Origin: Lingula anatina
Taxonomy: Eukaryota > Animalia > Brachiopoda
Direction: 5' to 3'
DNA length: 64,000 nt
Assembly (NCBI GenBank): GCA_051362555.1
Contig: CM120640.1
Coordinates: 22,010,001-22,074,000 of the forward strand
Shown here: one piece after another, positions 54,401 to 64,000 of the stretch
How the letters are laid out: every line of letters starts with the position of its first letter
How positions within the stretch are numbered: the first letter of the stretch is position 1
Translations under genes and position numbers: made by a program
Notes under the pieces: model-generated
Databases searched by the model: none
What the model was told of the DNA's origin: nothing
What the model saw: only the letters and a program-made list of their open reading frames with translations

Positions 54401-57400
54401 GTCATTATTGTCAGGATTTGGTGCAGCATCCTTGGTTCAGGAAGACCTCAATGATGATGTAAGAGATTTTTTTAAAGAAAGAAGTAGATGCAGTTCTAGA
54501 GTTACTGAATAATGCTTCTTATTTACAAAATTAAGTCAAATTTCAATTTGTTTAAGATTTTAGTTGTAATTTTCTACAAAAAGTAATTCAGTAGAAAAGA
54601 CCTTGTTTTGCCAAGAATATTCATAATCTATTGTATCTAGGCACAACAAAGAAAGCAAGTAAGTGATTATTTCCAGTAATGTTGATATTTATTTTTCATA
54701 CAGGCTCCTGATCCAAATGAATACTATGACCCCTTTCCTGGCTCAGACATCATGAAACAACTTAAACCTAAGAAGATTGATCCCAAAAACTACCCAGCAC
54801 CTGATGACTGCATACTTGAAATGGTCAATGCACATCTCAATGTGAGTGTCAAGCTTTTGATTCAAATTGCTCCCAGAAAATTATTATTTTTGATACATTG
54901 TTCCAGCCTCAATGGTTTTTCAGTTTAGAATTTTTTTATATAGTAACCTATTCAGAATTGATACAAGTTGCAGTCTATATGTTTAACAGCTTTTGCTGGC
55001 TTGATAATTTAGCATTAAAATCTTATGTCTTTTCATCTTTTCCAGATGAGTAAGGATGGGAAGAAACTGAAGTGCATAGTGAGTTGATAAATTATATTTG
55101 AATAGATGATGTCTCTGATTTTAATAGTATTGATAAAAATGGTAATCTGTCTTTGTTTGAACCTTTTTCAACTACTTCTCAGTAATACCACAGGTATGAA
55201 AATAGTTTCATTGGATCTTAGTTTTGATAGTCAGAAAGGTTTCATTTATGCTAGATCCTGAAATTTGATTTACCTGTTGACTGTTTCGTCTGTTCACTCT
55301 GACAGACTTGGTCACAACTGAATTACCTGTTCAGGTGAAGGTGAAGCAATGTAATTACCCAATATGGACAATAAAGAAGGTGAAACATCAAATGGAAATG
55401 AAAAGATCAGGAAGTAAGATATCCAAAAATAAGAAAGACCAAAAAGTGGAAAAATCCAAAGGACAGGTTACAATCCCATACGTGAAAGGAATATCAGAGA
55501 AAATCATGAATGCAATGAGGAAGGAAAACATCGGAGTATCATTCAAACCACACGCAAAACTCAGAAACTTTCTTGTACATCCAAAAGATAAGATAGAAGA
55601 CAACAAGAAGTGTGGAGTAGTATATCAAATCGGGTGTGGGAGCTGTGACAGAGTCTATGTTGGAGAGATGGGAAGAAAATTAGAAACAAGACTAGAGGAA
55701 CACAAGAAAGATGTTAAGGAAAATGTAGGTGAGGGAGTTAACACCAGATCCAAATGCTCTATGTCGACAGGAGTTCTACACAAATCTGCCATCACAGATC
55801 ATATGTCAGATAACAACCATGTGCCAAAATGGGACAATGTAAAGGTGCTAACCGGTGAAAATGACTACAGCAAACGCAAAGTTTTGGAATCGATCTGGAT
55901 AAGAAGGAAGAAACACACCATGAACAGAGATGAAGGAGCACACAAGCTGTCCCATGTGTATGACGACATTCTCAAACCCACCCTGGGGGGAGGGGGCGAG
56001 AGGGGCTAACAAGTCATCATCAAGACTGAGATAATTACCTGTTCACCTTCACCTGAACAGGTAATTCAGTTGTGACCAAGTCTGTCAGAGTGAACAGACG
56101 AAACAGTCAACAGGTAAATCAAATTTCAGGATCTAGCATAAATGAAACCTTTCTGACTATACCACAGGTAATCAGAACCTTTTGCAACCCCACAAAATTT
56201 GCTTATGAATCACTGATTATCAGAAATTTTGGTCACACTTTAGTATTCTTATTAATTATTTGATAACCTTTAGGTGGAAGGTCAGTCAGTTACAAATAAA
56301 ATTACTAAGTCTCATTTGACCTTTGGCTAAATATCAATCAACCAACATTTTGAGTTTTTCATTGATCTTGTACATGCCATCATACTACATGGGATGGATG
56401 ATATAAAAATTACAAAAGTTCAGATATTTCTGGGCTGACAATCAAGTAAATATTTTAATAACAAATAAAAGAACTTCCACATGTCTTCAACTACTTCTCC
56501 CTTTTTATTCATTCACTCTCTTTATGTAAGTATAACTAAAAGCTATATGATGTATATCTTCAGAGTGTGGATGACCTCATGGACAGCCGTGTTCTTTGTG
56601 CACTGGTCAACTCTTTTGTACAGGATACATTTACACCAGAAGTTTTGCTCAATGACAGGTAAATTAATATTAATCTTTAGTTGATGTATATTTTCACATT
56701 ACAGAAAAAATTGTAGCTATTATTATCTTGCTTTCAAAGAAGTGTTTTGTTAGATAAGTTTATTTCAGTTACTCACTCCAACATTTTATATATCATTTAC
56801 GTTTATTTTATTTGTAAAGGTGGACTATGAACTTGTGCTTACGGACAGCAGAAAAGATGTTTTATACTGAAACTCCCTTTGATTCTGAAGACTTAGCTGA
56901 GGTGGGTATTTTCTAACAAATTTTCTTCAGGGTATTATTACAAAGAAAGCACTATTTCATTTTTTTACTGAAATGATAATAGGTGAAAATGAAGCAGTAG
57001 ATGCACGTAAAATATTTGTAACGTGACAGGAAACTTAAAATGATTTTAGAAAGTAGTTTACATCCTTCCACTAACAGTTTTCATGTTTTTTAGGGAGATC
57101 CTATGGCTGTGTGTGCCTATTTTGCATTCTTCTTCATGGTTGGCTACAAATTCAGGCAGGCCAAGGCAGTTGTCAACAGAATAGTAAGGACACTTTTTTC
57201 TCTCTGTTATAACACTGTACTACAGTTTATATACACTTATATCTAGCCATTTGAAATCAGTTACTAAAGAGTATTTATACATGTAAATATATCTTATATA
57301 AAAACTGGACCATATTTAGATTTTATATAGATTAATTCAAAGTTTAAGATGCCCTGAGAAATCCATATTCAGTGTCCCATTTGTTAGAGAATCACTTTTC

Positions 57401-60400
57401 TCACTTTTAGAGTTTACAAATGGTCTTTTCAGAGACTTTTTTTTGTTACTATATCATAGATTAATTGTAATTGTGTCAACTCAATTTACAGGAGTGGCTG
57501 CATCGACTTATTCGTGAAAACAATCATGAAATGGATGAACTGGCCACTGTGGCTACCAACATACAGGAACTGAGGAGGAAGAAAGATCTGAAACAGAAAT
57601 TACAGATGTACAATGATGGTAAGATTTTATTTTTGAATCAATTGTCAAACCTTCAAATTAATTTCTTTTAATAAAGATATTTTATTACTTGTAAGGGAGG
57701 TGTTTACTTCTGTGTTCTCTCTATGTATCTGAAATGGCTCTCTTGAATATGTTATTGTGTGACCCAGTAGCAATGTCTTAGTAACTGTCAATGCTCAGTG
57801 CTTGGTACACGTATAGAAATATGTTATGGTAGATTTACATTTCTATTGACTGGGCTTGTACATGTCCATTGCACATCTCCCAGTATATAATGCATACATT
57901 TTTCTGCAGAAATTGGAAGGATTCAAGACATGTTTGATCTAGAGTACTGCAGAAAATGGCTTGATCATGCCATAAAGGTTCAGAAAGAGGTACGTATTTT
58001 CATTCATTTATTATTTGCCATCATCATTAACTATGTCATATATGAACAATGATAAACTATTTTCTATAGCAAAACATAAATTAAAAAAAGTATTTACAAA
58101 CAAGGAAGAAGACATATATTAACAAAAGCAAAAAAAAAGTTGAAAGTGATTTACCTGCATAAATACAGTGCAAAATACTTTTAATTTCAGACTCACAAGC
58201 TGATCTGGACCAAAATGAAGGAAAAATTTGAAACTTTGCCAGTTCCAAGAAACATTTCTATCAATGACCTTTGCTTGTCATTGTCTATCAATTTGGTAAG
58301 ATTATCAAATTGATTGTGCTGTTTTGAAAACCCTAAATTTGTTATTATTTCTCAATTTCTCAATTTTGTACAATGTTTGAGCACAGTGTTTATGCTAATT
58401 GGATAGATATGCAAATCTTTAACATGAAAACAATAGAGCAACATGGTAACATAGGGCTATGTATAGTGTAAGCCTTTAAGTGTATCGATTAGATTGTTAT
58501 TAATTTTGATAATTTCAGAGCCTGACTTTTGGCAGTGCATTTTATCTCAGTAACAACAAAGAACAAGTAAATGAGCTGAGAAAGATGATTTTAAGGAACA
58601 AAGAGACAGGAGAATACATTGAAGATTTCACTGCCAAGAATAAAGGTCAGTTTGAATTATATTTTATTGAAATTCTGAAATAAAGATATTTTGTTGTATG
58701 ATTATTTTCATTATTGTTTTAAATATTGTGTAATTATTGTATTTTGGGGTGGTGTTTAAAATTGGATTTTCCTTTTTTCAGAGCCAATTCGAAAGATACT
58801 CAGACTTCATGCATATGAAACAGTAGAAGTGAATCCAGAAAAATATCCACAATATGATGTAAGTGATTTTTTAATAGTTTGAACAAAGCTTACAAAAATT
58901 CAATGGTCACCAGTTCAAGCAGTACTAAGACAGGTATCATGACAATTTTTCCATACTGAAAATACTGAAAATATTAAACATCCTGAAAATGACAATGAGA
59001 TGTTACTTTTACAGTAGAAGTGACTTGGGAAGCAGAATATATACTACCTGTACATCACATATCAGCACATGTATTGATGATTTTTCAGATTTTCTTTGAA
59101 AGTCCATCAAGGAACAAAAGACTGGAGGCAGGCACTGAGTTTTTGTATCAGATTTTCCCAGGGACATTTGAACAGTGGCACAAACAAATGTTTAGGGCCA
59201 TCAAGGAAAATGAAGTGGATTCTGTGAAAAAGATGGTGTTATTCTTCAGGAATACTCCTTCATTTATCAATGCAAGAGAGAAAACTACAGGCAACACTGC
59301 ACTTCATATAGCTGCCAGATTTGGGCAATATGTGAGTTGTGTATTAAACAGGGACAATCTGTTATATATTCATTTACATTATGCAAGGTGGGCTTTAGAG
59401 GGACAGGGGAAGTGGTCGCCTTACTGTAGTCTCAAATACAAGATATACCTTTTAAAAAATAAATGCTCTTTGGGTCAATGTTGTTTCAACTTATGCAATA
59501 TAGAATTTGAAATCATAAATATGCCTAAATGTGTATAGTGATCACTTGTTTGGTTTTTGAGAATTTTAATCATTACTAAAATTCTGAAAACCAAATAAGT
59601 GATCACTATATATTCAGGCATGTGAAAGTTAGAAAACTGTTAAAAAATCAATATTTGAATAGATCTTTACTTCATACAGATTTTATTATAATCTACAGTT
59701 ATTTGGATTGCCTTGAAGGACATAAATTAAACAATTGTGTTACATTACTTTGCTAAAGAAATTGACATTTGGATGATTTATATGTCATATAAATCTTTCT
59801 TCGTTCTAGGAAATAGTGCAGTTTTTGCTGGAAAGCAATGCTAATATAGATGCCAGAAATGCTTACAAGTACACACCATTGTTCTCTGCTTTGGAGGGTG
59901 TACACAGGAGGGTGGGGCACGTAAGTATTGCTAGATGTTTTCAGTTGCATTGCTTAAAAAATGTAATAAAAATCAATAAACTTATTAATCAGGACCTTTG
60001 AAGTAAATGTTAAACTAAGATGTATTTATATGGCTTTTGCTGTTTAACATCATTTCACAGCTATTCTTTAAATTCTTGATAAATTCATGCAAAATTTGTG
60101 TGCACTTAATACATTGGCACATTTGTCATTCTAGCTACTTGTTGAATGTGGCTGTGATGTTAACAAGAGGAGCATTAAAGGTCTGACTGCCTTTGAAACT
60201 GTGAAAAATGACGAGTTGAAAGATTATCTCATAGGTAAGAACTTTTTTGTTTGTGGTGTACTTGACTCTCCAGATGTTTTATTTGTCAAGATATACTTTT
60301 GTCACAGGTGAAATTCTGATTTTCACAGAGCATAAGGCACCAATTCACAAACAGAATGTACTGAAGTAAAAAAAATATCCATTCCAGAGGCATATGAGCA

Positions 60401-63400
60401 CTACTCTGATGTAGTTCCTAAGATAATGGCAGGTGACCTGGAGGTTCTGGAGGAAGTTGTCAAAGATCACATCACTGGAGTCAGGCAACTGAACAGTCTA
60501 CGCAGCAGGTGAGATACAGGGTGTCCACATGGCACAGGTCATATGCCCCATATGCAGTTTTATAATGCATTCTCTTTTTTCCTAAATCTGAAATCCAGGA
60601 AACAATTGTTGAATTCACCAATTAATTTACAGCTGCATCAGGCAGCTGTTTGTAATGGTACTCAGTACAGTACCTGTAGTGAAGACTGCAGACCCTTTTA
60701 TTATTATTATTAATATTATTTTTTAACTCTATTTACAGGTGTGTCAATGGTAGCACCCTGATTCACACAGCAGCTTACTTTGGTGCAGTATCTATAGTAA
60801 AGACCTTGCTCACCTTGAGAATGGATGTGGACCTTAGAGACTACAAAGGAGCCACACCACTTCACAGGTCACAGAATGTAGAGACAATGGAGGTCAGTTT
60901 CCTCTGAACAGTTTTAGGTCAAACTGTGGAAACCCCAAAATTATACATTTAGATAACTTGTATCAAAAAGAGTTAATAAAGATATGCTGGGATTGCCAAT
61001 GGTTTGGAAAAAAAGTTCAACTGGGCATTTGCAAAATTTTAATATTGAAATTTTAAATGTTTAATTTTAGAATTGAAATTTTAGTTTTGATGGAAACTTG
61101 AAAAGAGCATAAGGTAGGTGCAATAATATTACTGTAAAATCTCTGTGTATTTCCAGGTTCTGCTAGAGGCAGGAGCTTCAGTGAATGCAGAGGATCTGGA
61201 AGGTAACACACCTCTTCATGTGAAATGCTATGGAGAGACTGGCAAGGAGACACAGCTTGGGTGTATAGAGCTGCTATGTCAGAGTGGGAGTAAACTGGTG
61301 TCTAGAAACAATAGGGTAGGGATCCCATTTATAACTCTGCAAAGGTTTGAAAGTGATGGTTGTTTTTAAATGTGGTTTCAACATTGTCAGTGAAGATTTT
61401 ATAAAATAATTTTATCTGATATTAGAAAATTCTCCTACAAACCAAATATGGATTAAGTTTCAATTTAGAATTGTTCAAATTGCCTTGACTTTAATTTCAT
61501 TTTAGAAAAATAATTTTAACATATATCAAAAGATTATTTGTAAAATCTGCATGAAAGTGATAAACATATCTGAAATTCTGCAGGGTTTGATGCCAATCCA
61601 CTGCTGTGCCATGCAGGGAAGAATTGATGCCATTCAGTTGCTGCTGGCAGCAGACAAGAAAGAAGAAATCAAGAAAGATCTCTCCAAAGAGGACCCAAAA
61701 CTTCCACCCAGCTTGCCACACCTAGCAGTGGCCAATGACTGCATGGAGTGTGCTGAATGGTAAAGTGTTACTATGATTTAACTCCAAAGTTTTCATTAAT
61801 TTTTATCACAATATAAAAAATGCACATAATTCATGAAAATGGATTAGAATTCAAAAAAGATACTTATCTTTGTCTGAGATCAGTGGTAAAAAAATCAACG
61901 ATCTATTTTACAGGTTGATTGAAAATGGATTTGAATTTAAAGAAGGAGAGCCAGACTTGCTAGTACAAAGAATTCTGGCTGAACAAGTGAAAGTGTGAGT
62001 AGAATTAGGAATTTTAAAATCCGATTACATTTTGATGTCATTCACTTTGTAGGATAAAGTATGTACTTAACAAGTCATCAATGTATTACGAGAAAGTGTA
62101 ATATTTACTGACAGATTTTGATCATTATATTAAAACTTAATTGGAAATGAAATTTATTGTAAATATATAAGCATTGATATCCTTTGTTTTAATTTTTTTC
62201 CAGTATTCAACAAGGAGAAGCTATTAAGTTTTTATTAGATCATGGAGCCTCAGCCAATCCAGTCTATCCTGGGGGAAACACGTAAGTTAAATGTTGATAC
62301 TTTCCACATTTTGTGACAAATACAACTTAATATCTCTACTGAAATCAGTGTGCACCCCTTCAGAGAGGTTGTTATATGTGAATATCAAATTTGAAGTTGT
62401 TCATTTGACTAAGAGAATGCTGGCCTTGGTTTGATATTTGAATATCTTTTTCCGTTCAATTTCAGTGCCCTGCACTATGCTGCCAGTATGAGTCACTCCA
62501 CAGAGATCCTGGAGTTGCTAATGGGTTATGGTGCCGAGGTGGATGCCCCTAACGAGGACCAAGCCACGCCTTTGTTCTTCTCCACTCAGTGCAACAACCA
62601 GAGTGCAGCCAGTGTGCTCATTGAAAATGGAGCTAACTACCGGTGGAAAAATGCTCAAGGTACAGTGTTCAGTTATCACTTGAGAAAAAAGTGCAATTCT
62701 TATGGTTTGCCTTAATAGATTGTCTTTAACTGCAAAAAGGAATTAATACCTTGGCTGCAAAACGGTTATCATATTAAATCTGAAATATATGTCACTTTTA
62801 TTATACATTTTTGCAGGACTGACAGCTTTTGATTGCATCCTGGACTTTGATGATTGGGTTGAGTGTGGCTACTTCAATGATGAGATAAGAGCTAGACTCA
62901 AAGGTAAATGATTAAAGTTAAACATTTAAATGCTATCAGTTTCCAATACCCCACACACAACATAATTCATATGCTTAGCTTGTTAACCTTGTCCAAGTCT
63001 ATCAGCATGAAATCAGCCAATTGAATTTTTTTTACATGTGTAATTATACCGTTTTTTAATCCAGATAAAATATTTCCATCACATTTTAGTCAGTGCAATT
63101 TTGAAAAAATGATTTTACCAAAAGGAAAAAAAGATAAATTAATCTAACCATAATATGGATTTCTTTTCTACTTGTAGCTTACAGTTTAAAACACACCAGA
63201 GATCTCATCCGTGCAATCAGCAAAAAGGTAAAGCATTCCGGTCCTATACGCCAACCACCACGCACTCCTGACCTCACGCGGCAGGCTTCCAACCTGAGTG
63301 GGCAAACACTGCTCCCTATCAGCAGAGGTTCCAATGCCCTTTGGTCAGCCAAGACCAGTGCATCTGCCACTACCCCGGCTGCCTCCCCGCGCCAGATTAC

Positions 63401-63494
63401 CTCCCAGCTCTCTCTGAGAAGCCAGTCCTCACCAGGTCTGCTGCCTCCTCTGAAGTCTGCAGGTTCAGCTGCTGTGAAGTCTGCAGGGTCCTGA
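51459..63494 (+). CDS. Uncharacterised protein with two N-terminal calponin-homology-like domains, a probable coiled coil and about 10 ankyrin repeats; about 27 coding exons
   Basis: CH1-like FTAWVNLRL..DLLTGTNLKLLVESM..VFDLLWRLV and CH2-like DDLMDSRVLCALVNSF..NLCLRTAEKMF..FDSEDL..DPMAVCAYF. Ankyrin motifs GNTALHIAARFG, YTPLFSA, GSTLIHTAAYFG, GATPLH, GNTPLH, GLMPIHCCAMQG, ALHYAA, QATPLF. Exons have GT-AG boundaries and were in phase wherever checked. Confidence 0.85.
53331..53480. mobile_element. Decayed hAT-like MITE
   Basis: Inverted ends CAGGCCCGTAGC and GCTACGGCCCAG, with GGGGGG/CCCCCC subterminal runs. Confidence 0.55.
53533..54330. other. CpG-rich intronic segment (young repeat or unmethylated regulatory island)
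   Basis: Many CpG dinucleotides, in contrast to the CpG-poor gene body; no convincing ORF. Confidence 0.45.
55276..55318 (-). ncRNA. Second copy of the hammerhead-like motif, in the inverted pseudo-LTR
   Basis: Exact reverse complement of 56069-56111. Confidence 0.55.
56069..56111 (+). ncRNA. Putative minimal type I hammerhead ribozyme variant in the Penelope pseudo-LTR
   Basis: GTT-GTGACCA-A-GTCTGT[CAGAGTGA]ACAGAC-GAAA-CA-GTC-AAC: stem I, swapped core, stem II, GAAA, minimal stem III and a GUC cleavage triplet. Confidence 0.6.
59521..59621. repeat. Imperfect intronic hairpin with about 48-bp arms
   Basis: ATGCCTAAATGTGTATAGTGATCACTTGTTTGGTTTTTGAGAATTTTA pairs with TAAAATTCTGAAAACCAAATAAGTGATCACTATATATTCAGGCAT. 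Confidence 0.8.
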
Positions 63495-64000
63495 TGATAT
63501 TCTGCGTGTGTTTTAGATAGAAGACTATAAGCAGCAAACAGTCCTACAAAATGCTGATGGGATCAAAGCAGAAAAGAAGTTGATTGCCTCATTTCTGTCT
63601 TGAAAAAAATTTGGACCTCTGTGAAATTGTTGCTCAGAGATCAGTACGAATTGAAAAGATCAATGTCATTATGAATGGATATTACAGTACAGGGGCTGTA
63701 CATGTATTTTATACCAAGACTATCAAGATTAACTATTTATAAGTATTTATATTTTTCAGTAGTTTTGCTGCTTGAAGTTGGCATTGCATGCACAATTTTA
63801 TTTACAACATATTGAATATTTTGACCATTTACTTATTCTGTGCCTTTTACAGTGAATGCCGATTGTGATATGCAACTTTTATGTCAAATTCATTGAACTG
63901 TTTTAGAATCATTTATTGTAAACATTACCCAGTAATGGCTCTGCGATATTGCAGGTTTTGTATACTATACCTTTCTTATAATATCTATTGTATATCTGCA

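Larger units (their letters stand above)
55197..56160 (+). mobile_element. 5'-truncated Penelope-like retroelement: GIY-YIG endonuclease ORF fragment with inverted 119-bp pseudo-LTRs (55227-55345 and 56042-56160)
   Basis: Open ORF with IPYVKGISEKI..HPKDK..GVVYQIGCGSCDRVYVGEMGRKLETRLEEHK..SAITDH..H..WDNVKVL..ESIWIR..MNRDEG, the Penelope linker and GIY-YIG signature. Flanking direct repeat (AT)ACCACAGGTA at 55185-55196 and 56159-56170. Confidence 0.92.

Noticed and set aside
55183-55193. Apparent 11-nt microexon CAG|TAATACCACAG|GTATGA
   Set aside because: It would frameshift, the flanking exons already join in frame (KCI|SVDD), and it overlaps the Penelope target duplication.
55308-55345. N-terminus of the 233-aa ORF as a real start
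   Set aside because: It lies in the inverted pseudo-LTR. The element is 5'-truncated and lacks the reverse transcriptase core, so it is not an autonomous gene.

Overview
AT-rich, intron-dense eukaryotic genomic DNA. It is most likely from an invertebrate animal (lophotrochozoan-like; this is inferred from the repeat types and the CpG-depleted gene bodies). Six protein-coding genes are present: (1) the 3' part of a GT92/DUF23 glycosyltransferase (+), which appears to lie inside an intron of (2) Rab3 (-); (3) MED18 (-, 7 coding exons, including a GC-AG intron and a U12-type intron); (4) CKAP5/XMAP215 (+, about 44 coding exons, head-to-head with MED18); (5) NOSIP (-, 8 coding exons); and (6) an uncharacterised tandem-CH-domain plus ankyrin-repeat protein (+, about 27 coding exons, head-to-head with NOSIP). 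The mobile-element content is rich. A 5.5-kb Helentron-type element in a MED18 intron carries a 145-bp satellite with a 3-mer higher-order repeat, a nested EnSpm/CMC-type element and a captured Gypsy LTR relic bracketed by an exact 109-bp duplication. There is also a young Penelope-like insertion with 119-bp inverted pseudo-LTRs containing a hammerhead-like motif with a swapped G3-C8 core pair, a 32-bp P-element-like footprint and several MITE families. All calls were made by eye; no database searches were run.
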